DNA of 64,000 bases from Octopus sinensis (taxonomy: Eukaryota), in contig NC_043001.1 in NCBI RefSeq assembly GCF_006345805.1, positions 106,392,001-106,456,000 of the forward strand, read 5' to 3'. This document shows positions 51,083 to 64,000 of this stretch, piece after piece. The notes under the pieces were generated by a model. It searched no databases. It was not told the DNA's origin and worked only from the letters and a program-made list of their open reading frames with translations. The position numbers and the translations under genes were made by a program. Every line of letters starts with the position of its first letter. Positions within the stretch are counted from its first letter, which is position 1.

Positions 51083-51483
51083 TCTTTATATATAAAAGTA
51101 AGGTTGTGTGCTGTCTGTCTCCTACGATTTAGATTCCTAACTACTCCCACATTTTGCGGTACAGTTTAACCAAAACCGGGTATCTTATAGTCGTGATTCA
51201 TATCGAGCCCTTCTGGGTATTAGCGCGCATCTACAATGAGTCTACGATTTTTAAAAAAAATTTACCATCATTTTTTTCCATTTTAATGCATTTTTTCGCT
51301 ATTATATAAGGGAAGTAGCTCTCTAAAAATGTCTACGATGAGTCAACGATTTTTAAAAAAATTTACCATCATTTTTTTTCCATTTTTAATGCTTTTTTTG
51401 CTATTTTTTGGCTATAACTCTCTAAAAATGCTTATATAGTTATTTCCCTTACAAACCCGAGCAACGCTGGGCGATACTGCTAG
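51083..51483 (+). mobile_element. Non-autonomous Helitron
   Basis: Starts TC after A (51082), ends CTAG before T (51484), subterminal hairpin CCCGAGCAACGCTGGG (51456-51471), no TSD, internal duplication of about 105 bp. Confidence 0.85.
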
Positions 51484-51903
51484 TTTTTTTTATAAATGAA
51501 AGGAGGCTTGGCGTGATGTAATCCTAAGGACGTTATTCCAGAAATATATGGCGATGTTGAAAAACGTTTGATTATTGGTCTGGTTTCTCAACGCTGGTCT
51601 TTTAACATGTGCTCCAAAATTTTACATATATATTCCAAATAACAACCAAGAAATGCACGCATAAATAACATTTTAATTTTAGGAATTAATATGTAAGTAT
51701 GAAATTAATGAAATATGTTAGGTAGATAGAAAGATAGATAGTGCAATGAAATAAACTGTTAGGATACAATTAGCTACAAATTGTTTCGTATATTTTGTGA
51801 TACCTCCATGAAACATTCCAATTTTTGGGGCCGTCCTGGGTCTCATGAATTTTTGTTTTTATGTCAGAGAAGAGAAAGTGTTCTATATTAATATGACTAA
51901 ATA

Positions 51904-51937
<34 letters not shown>

Positions 51938-52184
51938 TATTTTTATGCTACTAAATATGATGATGTTTAAATGCTGTAAAATAACAGCTCAATAAATTCA
52001 TTTTTGATAAAATAAGTATCAAGTAGAAAAAGATGTACTAAAGACCATGTGTCCGACCAAAATTACTGGTTATTAGGTATGTGTGAATGTAGGTGTATAA
52101 ATTAAATTTAACTTAAAACATCGTCCGACGTAGGACTGTCACATTGCGTTGGCAAATAGACTTTACTAATCTGAAATATATTCT

Positions 52185-52370
52185 TTTCTACTCTAGGCAC
52201 AAGGCCCGAAATTTTGGGGGAGAGGCCAGTCGATTAGATCGACCCCCCCTACGCAACTGGTACTTAATTTATCGAGTTCAAAAAGATGAAAGGCAAACTC
52301 GACCTCAGCGGAATTTGAACACAGAACGTGGCGACCGGTAAGCCTTCCGTCCAGCGTGCTAACGATTCTG
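52185..52370 (-). mobile_element. SINE family B
   Basis: ctggtacttaatttatcgag...gatgaaaggcaaactcgacctcagcggaatttgaac. Confidence 0.8.
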
Positions 52371-52780
52371 CATTAGATTCCTTTACAAATAATACAATCA
52401 AAAATAAAAGTTAAAATTTTAATAAAATTTAATAGATTATTCTTTGATGTTTTTCCCATCTTTGTGAATTGGTTAACATAAACTAAATTTTTGTCTTCTC
52501 TTTCGTTCGATAGTTTGGGTTTTACAAATTATATAATAAATCCCCAAACAGGACATGTTCATTTTAGCAGTATAGCGTATGCATTAAGTGCTTGACATTT
52601 TCTCTTTTTTAAAGTGTTACTCTCATGAAACTAATGTCCTTAAACCAATATCCTCGTCGATGGCTCTACCATGACTTTAACAGCTACTACACAACTCAGC
52701 TTGTTCTATCTGCGTAATTATATGTCACTCTCATTGCTTCATTTCTAATTCTAAGAGCATTTCCCTACGCTAAAAACCTT

Positions 52781-52832
<52 letters not shown>

Positions 52833-53097
52833 TCCCTTCGGCTGACCATTTAACCGCATCTTTATACCTTCGTTCCGTTTCTCCTACTTCCCACTACTCT
52901 CTTCCCTTCGGATAAAATTTCTTCTCCTTTCTCTCCCTCTCCTTCTCCCCTCTCTTCCTACCCCTCTCTCTCTCTCTCTCTTACTCCTCTCCCTTTTTTC
53001 TCCCGCTCTCCCTCCCCTCTCTTTGCTCCTCCTTTTTTTAACTAATTCGCAGTGTAACACACGTAAATACTCTAGCATATTAATATTATAACAGCAT

Positions 53098-53668
53098 CCA
53101 AAATTCGCCGAGGTCGACTTTGCATTTCATCCTTTCGGGGTCCATTACATAAGTACCAGTTACGCACTGGGGTCGATGTTATCGACTTAATCTTTCTGTT
53201 CGTCTTTGTACATTCCATCTATGTTTAGCCCCCTGTAGGTAATAAAGAAAGAAATATTATAACAGCATAAGCACGCCGGGCGAAATGCTTAGCGGCATTT
53301 TGTCTGTCTTACGTTCTGAGTTCAAATTCTGCTGAGGTCTACTTTGCCTTTCTTTCTTTCGGGGTTAATAAAAATAAGTACCAGTTACTCAATGGGATCG
53401 ATGTACTCGACTAGCACCCCTTCCTGGAATTTTTAGTATTGTGCCAAAATTTGAAACCAATATTATAGTAGCTCTTAAAGGTGCCGATCTCGCAGAAACG
53501 TTTGCAAGACGGAGATAATATTTTGCGACATTTCTTCTGGCTGTTAACTTTCTGAATTCCGCCGTGGTCGATAAAATAAGTATCATTTTGAGCGCTGGAG
53601 TCGATGTAATTGAGTAAGCCTGTACCCCGAAATTGCTGCCCCTCAGGCTAAGATTTGAAAGCAATATT
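53098..53668 (+). mobile_element. Cluster of three family B SINEs. The first (53098-53252) is 5'-truncated with a 16-bp TSD
   Basis: TSD AATATTATAACAGCAT at 53082-53097 and 53253-53268. Further copies at about 53269-53462 and 53478-53668. Confidence 0.8.
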
Positions 53669-54948
53669 ATATCAGTTCCATATTGTCTTAAAATTGATGA
53701 TTGCATTTTGTGGGAGATTCGCTGATATCTTTTGAAGGACAAGAGAGCATATAGATCTCTCCCACACCTTATTAATACCTGTTGCTTTTTCTGATTTAAT
53801 AATTGGAAACCTTGAAATCACTTCGAGGCGCATGTAAAGCCCACGTCTCACATTTCATGGTAAGGTTGTACAGCATCAATACCAGACTGATAATTCCTTA
53901 TACTTATATGTCAGGGAGATTGAAGAATCGGTAGAACAAAGGATATGACAGATAAATGCTAACGTCAGTACAACGTTGGGAATACATGCCAGCACTCTGA
54001 ATTTGGCTTCCTTCAAATGTATTTAACAGAAATTAAATTCATGATTTAATTTCTCATGATGAAGTTACTATTTTTATTAATGAAATTTCTAAATTTAATA
54101 ATTGTTGGTGTGGTTAGGCATTTCATTGCCAAACAGAAAGCATTGTTGTTGCATAGCAACAGCTCAATAACTCAACCCAGAAAAAGAAGACAGCAAATCC
54201 TCGCCATATCGCGGTTTATTATTTAAGCTTACAGCGATACCTCCGTGGTGTTGTTTTGCAGTTATAAGAAAATAAATATATACAAATTATAGAAATAATA
54301 AATAATGAAAAAATATAATACAGTACTGCTTCTACTTCGCGGATTTTCACCAATCGCGGGGTTTTTTGGAACGTAACACCCGCGATAGTCGAGGTATTAT
54401 TGTAATTTATGTACTCGTGTAAGTCCTCTTGTGTGTGCGCGTGCGTTTGTGTGTGTATGTGACTGCGTGTCTCTTTCTGTGTGCTTGTGTGTGAGCTTGT
54501 GGATGTGTGCGTGGATGAGAGTGTGAGGTGTGTTGTGTATGTATGTGTGTATGTGTGTATGTGTGTGTGTGTGCGGCCTTATCGTGTCTTCAAAACTAGA
54601 CATCTTTTCAATAAGAGCAGCAACTTTTCCATGATTCTATTTCTAAAATGGAAGTATTAGTCTTCGGTTTTCTACCCAGATTGTTTAGCGATGGAATGAA
54701 AACTTTTTGGAAGAAACTTTACCGACTCAAAAGACGATAAATAAATAAAAAAATAAATAATGGTCTAACGATTTTGTAAACAACGTATCTTGAAAAGATA
54801 TGCAATTTTATCAGAATATTTTATCTATATCTTTATCTCAGTTATTCTTTTTAGAAGAATCTTTAGGCAGCCAAACAGATGGGCAGATAAGTGGAGGGGA
54901 CCTATTTACAGGTGTACATATATCTTATATGTGTATACATTTCGACAT

Positions 54949-54988
<40 letters not shown>

Positions 54989-55034
54989 TATATATATATA
55001 TATGCATACACAAATACATATATATTTATGTATG

Positions 55035-55065
<31 letters not shown>

Positions 55066-55136
55066 GCATAAACATACATATATTTATATATATATACATA
55101 TACATACAAACATATATTTAAACATATATATATGTG

Positions 55137-55198
<62 letters not shown>

Positions 55199-56129
55199 AT
55201 ATATACATGTATATATATATATAAATACACACACACACACAAACAAACACACAAGAACACGCACACACATTTATCGAGAAAGAGTGAGTGATGGCGTCAG
55301 AAATTCAATTCATCTTTGTTATACGTATGTTTTCGCGTACCATAGAAGACAATGCCTGCTTAGTTTGTTCTGTTTTTATTTGTTTCCTTTATTGCGTTTC
55401 TGAATTATATTAACCGTTTACTGTCAGATATGATATATCAAACACAGCTCTTTCGTTCAATATCCAAATCCGCGATCATCTTTTCCCTTCATGGTTCTTA
55501 ATCCATCGTTTATGATAAAACTGTTATGCAAAACTAAGAAAAAGATTAAGATTATATTTATTTATTCTATATGTTTGCGTCTGCGTGCAAATCGGGTTCT
55601 TTGCTGTCAATATACAATATTTTACAGACTATATAAAACTTTGTGTGGTTATCTGATTTCGTTCCTTTGGATAAAGTTTTAGCTGATCATAAAATGACAA
55701 TGACCAGAGTCATGAAAATGTTATTTTGCGTACGACGATCCAAGCGAAAGTTAAGAACGCTTCAAATGATGTAAGGAATTGTATAAATACTTTGGTCTGT
55801 TATAAATCTTTTACATTTATGATAACCGTGCGGCGCCATAGGTGTCTTATTGTTAGGTTGTTTTTTTTTTCCTTTATTTATTTCATTTGTATTGTTTCAT
55901 TCAGACCTACTATGTATATTGTAAATTGTTAAACCATATGTGTACTTTTGTGTGTGTGCATGACTGCCTGTCTGTGTGAGTGTCTGGGTCTGTCTGTCTG
56001 TGTAGTGAACGAATAGAGGGAGAGCGTAAAACGTCAGCTCCGCAAGAACGAAGTGGATTAGGACAATATCATTTCAGATCGTCTCGAGTCCCCTGAAAAC
56101 TTTTGAGTGAATTTGTACAAGACTTTTCT

Positions 56130-56359
56130 TTATTGCCCACAAGGAGCTAAACATAGAGGGGACAAACAAGAATAGACGAGAAGATTAAGTCGATTACATC
56201 GACCCCAGTGCGTAACTGGTACTTAATTTATTGACCCCGAAAGGATGAAAGGCTAAGTCGACCTCGGCGGAATTTGAACTCAAAACGTAGCAGCAGACGA
56301 AATACCGCGCAGCATTTCACCCGGCGTGCTAACGTTTCTGCCAGCTCGCCGTCCGCCTC
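56130..56359 (-). mobile_element. SINE family B, full length with 17-bp TSD
   Basis: TSD TTGTACAAGACTTTTCT at 56113-56129 and 56360-56376. Confidence 0.9.
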
Positions 56360-56534
56360 TTGTACAAGACTTTTCTATGAAATTGAATAAAAGGCTGCCG
56401 GAGAGAGTACACTTGTAAGGCAAATGTCAGCAATAACAATATATATACATATATAACTACAATATGTGTGTGTGTATATATATACACACACATAGAATCA
56501 ATAGATACAATATGTACATGTATACAATATACAT

Positions 56535-56754
56535 ATAATAGTGTATGAAGCATAGACGGAGAGAAAAGCACCATGTGGATTTCTTACATGCTAAAAATGG
56601 CAGTGAAAGGAAAAAACAAAAAACACTAGTTATCCTTATACCCATGAGTTGCACAAGAATGCTTTTTAGTGGTTTGGGATTTTGACTACCATTTTTAGCA
56701 TATAAGAAATCCACATGATGGCTTTGTCTCCGTGCATATTTCATACACTATTAT
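56535..56754. repeat. Diverged inverted-repeat element (about 70-bp arms)
   Basis: ataatagtgtatgaa...catgtggatttcttacatgctaaaaatgg is inverted at ccatttttagcatataagaaatccacatg...ttcatacactattat. Confidence 0.7.
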
Positions 56755-56874
56755 GTTTCAAAATATTTGACTTCTGACTTTTACTGCGCATATATGATTT
56801 AATAATTTTTCCCCTTGTATTTATAAAGTTATATATATAAGTGTGTGTGTGTCTGAGTGTGTGTGTGTGTGTAC

Positions 56875-56926
<52 letters not shown>

Positions 56927-57209
56927 ATGTGTTTTCATATACATATATATGTGTGTATATATATGTACATACATATATATATATATGCATACATACATTC
57001 TTTTTTATTCATGCGGGTAACAAGGCTACCAATGGTTTTAAGTACAATATATATTTACAATTAATCAAGCGTAACATATGGGAATATTGCTACTCGTGGA
57101 AGCCATATGTAGCCTTGTTAACCCACACACAAAGAATATTTCTCCACCAATGCAGTGTTGAGCACTCATTCTCGCTGTTCAATATTAGAGCATATATATA
57201 TATATATAT

Positions 57210-58156
57210 GTATATGTACATGTAGAGGTAGGTACGTACATATATGTTTATATATATGCATATGTTCTATTTTATTAACATATTATACGACTAAACGCAC
57301 GCACCCTATTAAGTAAGATTGTTCTGTTTATCAAGTTAGCCTTGATATTAACTCTCACGCGATTCTGCATCTTTCTTTCTTTCTCTCCCATTCCCTTTTT
57401 CGTCCTTTTTCCCTCACTTAACTTGTCTCTTCCTCTCTCTCTCATTCTTCATTCTCTCTCTCCCCCTCACCATTCTTCATGGTCTCCTCGCACCATTCCC
57501 CTTCTTCTCTCTCTTCCTCTTGCTCCTCCTCCCCCATTCCCGTCGTCCATCTGCGACGATACTTCCGTCGTAACTGCTATCCTGTCTTTTCTCGCCCGCC
57601 TTCTAAGGCCACTGGTCGACATTCTTTCTCTCTCGTCGTCCACTATAATCCAGCGTTTGCATTACTTTTTTCGTCTGGCGTAAACAGCCCTTCTTATCTT
57701 GTTCTCCTTGTCCTGTCTCTCACTGTTATATATTTATTTTTCAACTGTTTATATATAATTTTTTTTACTGTTTATATGTTTGTACTGTCGTTACCGTCTT
57801 GCTTTTTTTACCATTTTTTACCCCTCTGCGAAAAGATCTCAGAATTTTAATTGATTTGCTTTTCGCAGGAAGGAAGTTTCTTCGAAGTATACGTCTCGCT
57901 TTTATCCTTCGAAACGTAGAGTAGATGAAACCTTAGCGACTGAAGAAGGGGATTTTTCGTTGTGCTTATTGTCCTGTATCTCTTTTTTCTTTTTTGGTTG
58001 TCCTGTTCCTTGGTTTGTGTCTATGTTTTTCGTCTCTCTATGTGTTCGACGTCTTTTTGGTGTCCTGTACACATATATGCGTGTATATGTACATGTAGAG
58101 GTAGGTACGTACATATATGTTTATATATATGCATATGTTCTATTTTATTAACATAT
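57210..58156. repeat. About 800-bp pyrimidine-rich segment bounded by a perfect 74-bp direct repeat
   Basis: 57210-57283 is identical to 58083-58156. Confidence 0.85.
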
Positions 58157-58430
58157 ATATATATATATATATATTTAAATTTTAGATTTCGACTCGAGGT
58201 CATGAATATCCAGCCTTTCTATTCTGACACCAACGTGGATGGTAAAATGTCGAAAGCTAAATCAATGTTCTGTACTAGATTATTATAGACTTGTCTATTT
58301 CGAGTTTCACAACTTCAAATAATCTACTTTATACGTTTTGAAGTTTCTAAACTTTTATTACACATACATACTTGCAATACATATAAATATATCATTTGAA
58401 ATACATACATAAATACATACTTATGTATAC

Positions 58431-58463
<33 letters not shown>

Positions 58464-58818
58464 ATGCAATAAAATTTGAAGACATGGAAAAATTGGTAAT
58501 AGACATCGTGAAGTCACTAATACATGATTTTCTCTAAAAGAAACAGATAAATAAGTACCTAAAAATCACGATGAACAGTTCGTACAGGAATAGTTAATAA
58601 CTAAAATACAGTAAAATATATAAGACATGTTGAAATAAAAGAAATATTTCCACACGATATTTTAAATTGGAGGTTATGATACAAAATCATAACCGTGTCC
58701 ATATGTTAATATGTGTGTATAAACACATACACACGAACACAACACACACCGGCACACAACACATACACAAACACACACACTCACACACACTGGTATATAT
58801 GTATACACACACACATAT

Positions 58819-58862
<44 letters not shown>

Positions 58863-58941
58863 TATATATATATTATATATATATATTTATATATGTATGT
58901 ATATGTTTATTCTCACACATATTAACATGTTTACATGTACG

Positions 58942-58983
<42 letters not shown>

Positions 58984-59514
58984 GTGTGTGTGTGTATATA
59001 TGTATGTATGTATGTATATACATATGTACATATATAAGTATATACATACATACATATATATGTATATATATATGTGTGAGTATATGTGTACATATATAAG
59101 TGTATACACAAGTGTACATACATAAGTGTATACACATGTATGCATATGTATATAAGAATATAAGTATATATATGTATATATATTTTAAGTATGTATATAT
59201 ATGTAAACATGCATATGTACATATATGTAAATATATATGCATATACATATACATATGCATATAGACTTAAATATATAGTGTGTAATTATAAATGAGATAT
59301 ACGCACACGTACACAGGCATACACGCACATATATGTACATGTATGTATCTGAGTGTATGCGTGAGTGTCCGTATGTGTGCGTTAGACTTGTGACGTCACT
59401 GAGATGTTGACTCGTTGTTTTTACACCCTAGATAAATATCATGTAAAATTTATATGAAGTCGTGAGTAGACATAAACACCATTCCCCTCTTCCTAACCCT
59501 GACTCAGCGGCTAG

Positions 59515-59525
59515 ATAGATTAGAT

Positions 59526-59577
<52 letters not shown>

Positions 59578-59745
59578 GAGATAGATAGATAGATAGATAG
59601 ATAGAGAGAGAGATACATACATACATACATACATGCATACATACATACATACACACACATACATACATACATACATACATACATACATACATACATACAT
59701 ACATACATACATACATACATACATACATACATACATACATACATA
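59515..59745. repeat. (GATA)n-(CATA)n compound microsatellite
   Basis: Read directly from sequence. Confidence 0.95.
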
Positions 59746-59983
59746 GACAGATAGACTAGAAAAAGAAGAAATATGAATAATACCGATATTAGAGGAAATA
59801 TCGGTTCCGATTTCTTATACTATTTACTCGAAATCTTGGCGTTACTAAGCCTCTACAAGTTGCCAAACGTCATAGCTTTCCCATTAGAACGGTCTGAGTA
59901 TAATTTACAAGAGAAAACATGAAACCATCAAACTGATTCCTCGTTAGGTAGAATAAGAAATGATATGATACGCAATACATAGA

Positions 59984-60057
<74 letters not shown>

Positions 60058-60060
60058 TAC

Positions 60061-60115
<55 letters not shown>

Positions 60116-60134
60116 TATACATATATATATATAC

Positions 60135-60180
<46 letters not shown>

Positions 60181-60288
60181 CACATATATGCGTGTGTGTA
60201 TACGCATATATACATATATATAATTGTATGTGTATATATATTTACATATATATATATAATATATATACACGCACACACATTCACACAC

Positions 60289-60339
<51 letters not shown>

Positions 60340-61837
60340 ATAAATTTTTGTAATGGAATTTATCTGTGAAAGATCATTGTAATGCGTGTTATTAAAGACA
60401 CGAAATGTCAATGACTTACCGGTGTGTATATTTTATACTGTGTATGCGAACATGGACCAGTATCAGGTGTAAGATTTTTTTAATATAATAATCAATAACT
60501 TGATTTGTGCATACATTGCAACTTCCCTGTATGTAAGTATATGTTTGTGTGTATGTTTCTGCGTGTGTGTATGTGTGTCTGTGTGAGTGTGTGTGTGTGT
60601 GTTCTAATGTTTATGAATATTTATGCATAGATTTGCAGGTGTATAGTTACTGAAATAGGAAATACTTTACGTGGAACCGGAGATTGTAGGAATCCATTAA
60701 ATACGTCGTAGGATAAACCTGGGGATGAAGGTCAACAACAAGAAATACAACGTGAAAAAATGTCTGACTATTAGCGAAAAATCTACTGGTTATATATGTA
60801 AAGCGAATCGTATACTCGTCAGTGTATTTTCCAAGCTATCAATATCAGCTTGTGTCTAAAACCTGAGAAATATCAAAATCTCTTCGGTCTAGCCAAATTT
60901 TTTAATACGATATCCGTCACAATAATAACTACGTCATGTTTAAATATTTCAGAAAATATATAATGTTTTGCTGTCTGGAAACGCTGAGACAGCTATTAAC
61001 TTTTGAAACACAATACCACTTTTCAACTCTTAGAAATCGTAAAAATCTTTTTGCCTTTAACCAAAGAAGAATTATTGTTCGTAAAAACAAGTCGAATAAT
61101 GTTCCTTCTTCAGAACTTCCTTCATTATTCTATAAAATATTTTATTCGTATGACAAAACAAGATTTTATTTTCCTATATCTTGGTAGAAAAAAATCAAAG
61201 ACAGATATGATTTACTCCTGTTATTTCGATGTTATATGGTGTGTTGAAGTATATTAGATTTGCTATTATTTTACTTCGACGTAAGTTTGTTACTATTCCA
61301 CAGACTAGTAATCATGTGAGTTTCCAATAGTTTACCACGATGATAAACTTATGATTTCGAACAGAGCGGACGAACGTGCACACAACACTGCAGAAAACAT
61401 TCATGACAGCTTTCGACACACTCCGTCCCGTGAGTGATGAGTTTATCTCTTAGTCATCCTAATGTAGCGGAGGCAATCCCATTTGGGAAGTCACTGTGTA
61501 AGGCAAGAGGAATGGCAATAAGGAAGGTGTTAGACTATTTGATCTTTTGATAGAAAATGAAAACAAAAAAGAAAATAGTCTTGTCTGGCTGAAATATCAA
61601 AATGTTGGTGATGAGAGCATAGAGTATTGGTATGAAAGTGGGTGTGGGGAAAATAAAATAAGGTCTTAAGAAGTAAATTTTTTAATTCTTTTACTCGTTC
61701 CAATACTTTGGACTACGGCCATGCTAGAGCAGGAAGGAAGATGGCTGATCCCTTAAAACGTGTTGCAGAGACCCACATTGTGTGAACATGCCCTGATTCC
61801 ACGTGAATTAATCTGTTAGCCAAAGGATTAAATAGAT

Positions 61838-62049
61838 TTACATTATTTACATCGACGGATATGTGTCCTTATGTTGTTTGTTGTTCGAAATTTCCCCAAG
61901 TTCGAAATTTCCCCAAGACACCTGATGAAGGCTGGAGAGTGTATCAGCCGAAACTTTGTGTTAACAACAAACAAGATGAGGACAAATATCCGTCAAATGT
62001 AAATAATGTAAATAATATGCATAATTCCTCATCTCTTAAATATAGAACT
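61838..62049 (+). mobile_element. PLE-derived palindromic insert carrying a hammerhead motif, with 13-bp TSD
   Basis: Internal inverted repeat of about 50 bp. TSD GGATT(A/G)AATAGAT at 61825-61837 and 62050-62062. Confidence 0.75.
61917..61962 (+). ncRNA. Minimal type I hammerhead motif (stem III mutated)
   Basis: GACAC-CTGATGA-A-GGCTG(gagagtgtat)CAGCC-GAAAC-TTT-GTGTT. GAAACGTT would be the palindromic form. Confidence 0.65.
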
Positions 62050-62774
62050 GGATTGAATAGATCTTTTGCTTCGAGGTTCATTTTGGGAGAGCACAAGGGT
62101 AGCAAAACTAAGGGAGAAATGTATAATTGCGTCATAGGGTAACGAAAACCGCCATTGTGTTTTTATCAGGGGACTTTGTTTCTTCAGAATTTACAAGAGG
62201 GCATTTTTGCCCAATATCGCCGACTACTGCAAGTATGTCGTGTGAAGAGATACAGAAAAAAAAATGAAACGTAAAATGATTGCATGTCAGTCCTGAAGAA
62301 AACAACATTTACGAATCGGTCAAAGTACAGCAAAGTAGTGAAGTATTCTTCGTCATTCCAATTTCAAAGAAAATACCCTGCTGTCACACATTCAAATTTC
62401 AGAAACAAATCATCCACCGGATAAAAATGATGAAAGTCACCTGACATCATTCAGCATGTGATCGATTTATGAGATCGGACGGCGTTCAGTATTGACAGCA
62501 GTTGTCCATTATTCCTTTTAACCTATCGCCCTGTGCACAGTTGGAAAACGATGATCTAACACGTAAACTTTATGTCTGGTGTTCTAAAATAGGTTGGCAT
62601 ACACACACAGAATCTCTTCTAAAAACTGGTAATGGAAGCGTCTTTTGGGAATTTTGTCATTGTTTTCCAAAAATAAAATCAATCGATACATATGTGTGTA
62701 TGTATGTGTGTGTGCATGTTTAAGCATACACACGAATATATAGATACGGGGGAATGGGGTGATGTTATACATAC

Positions 62775-62838
<64 letters not shown>

Positions 62839-62842
62839 GTAG

Positions 62843-62875
<33 letters not shown>

Positions 62876-62977
62876 GTATATATATGTATATATATTATAT
62901 ATATATATATGTATATATATGTATATATATTTATGTATATATATATATATGTATATATATATGTATATATATATGTG

Positions 62978-63009
<32 letters not shown>

Positions 63010-63279
63010 ATGTATATATATGTATATATACATGCATTCATGTATGTGTTGGTGAGTTTGTGGGAGAGGAGGTGGTGATAAAATCTATGCTTTTTAAGGG
63101 TTAAAACTTAATTCAAAAGCCATTTATTTGTTGACATTTCATTTTATCTTACAGCATTGTACTTGCGTGACAACCATATTGATTCTAATGGAAATAAAAT
63201 TCATCCACTCAATGCGACCAAAGAAATCCCATCCACTAAAAATTCATAGCCGTAAATGCTACAACGTTTTATCGTGCTA

Positions 63280-63372
63280 ACATTTCGACGACCACTACCA
63301 CCAACACCACCATCACCACCACCACTACTACTGCCACCACCAAAACCACTGCCACCATCACCACCACCGCCG
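63280..63372. repeat. Degenerate (CCA)n trinucleotide repeat
   Basis: Read directly from sequence. It is the source of the poly-Gly/Pro ORFs. Confidence 0.85.
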
Positions 63373-63597
63373 TTCAGGTTCATATTTTCCTATATTGTTA
63401 TGACCGGTCCTTATCCTGAAGATGAAACACTGTGTAAAGGAAAATAATTAAGTCACTACGGGAGAACATACACAACAAACACACACACATACACAGATGC
63501 ACATGCACTCGCATACACAATCATAGACTAACACAGACACGTACACAGATGCACATACATACACATTCATAGACTCACACAAACATACACACATATA

Positions 63598-63644
<47 letters not shown>

Positions 63645-63841
63645 ATATATGGGGTTTATGTGTGCGTATATATATATATATAGCTAGATAGATAGATAGA
63701 TACATACATACATACATACATACGCATACATACATACATATATATTCATATATATATATATACAGACATACATATACATATATACATATATATATATACA
63801 TATACATATATATATATGCATATACATACATACATACATCA

Positions 63842-64000
63842 ATTTCTTTACTACCCACAAGGGGCTAAACACAGAGGGGACGAACAAGGACAGACGAATG
63901 GATTAAGTCGATTACATCGACTCCAGTGCGTAACTGGTACTTAATTTATCGACCCCGAAAGGATGAAAGGCAAAGTCGACCTCGGCGGAATTTGAACTCA
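63842..64000 (-). mobile_element. SINE family B, cut by the window end
   Basis: Near-identical to 22172-22330. Confidence 0.9.

Noticed and set aside
62170-62232. 63-nt candidate exon (ttttatcag|...CAA|gtatgt), open in all frames
   Set aside because: Splice sites are plausible, but there is no recognisable peptide or partner exon. Expected by chance at this window size.

Overview
AT-rich, microsatellite-saturated eukaryotic DNA. The SINE families resemble those of octopod cephalopods (inference from pattern recognition, not a database result). No intact host protein-coding gene is supportable, and almost all listed ORFs are translations of (TA)n/(CA)n/(GATA)n repeats. The window holds at least four tRNA-derived SINE families, decayed CR1/L2-like and RTE LINE 3' ends, three or more Penelope-like element (PLE) remnants (RT thumb and GIY-YIG), a mariner transposase remnant, hAT and Tc1/mariner-type MITEs, a non-autonomous Helitron and a 3 x 364-bp tandem repeat. 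The most interesting signal is a set of unrelated short inserts, several of them long palindromes and most sitting inside (TA)n arrays (densest at 28.5-36.5 kb). They carry minimal type I hammerhead-ribozyme-like folds with self-complementary stem III. Several have a UUGAAAA core in place of CUGANGA, an apparent compensatory C3-G8 to U3-A8 swap. Also notable are a head-to-head fusion of two different LINE families and a covarying 3' stem-loop shared by a SINE and two LINEs. Repeat boundaries are approximate unless a TSD or TIR is given.
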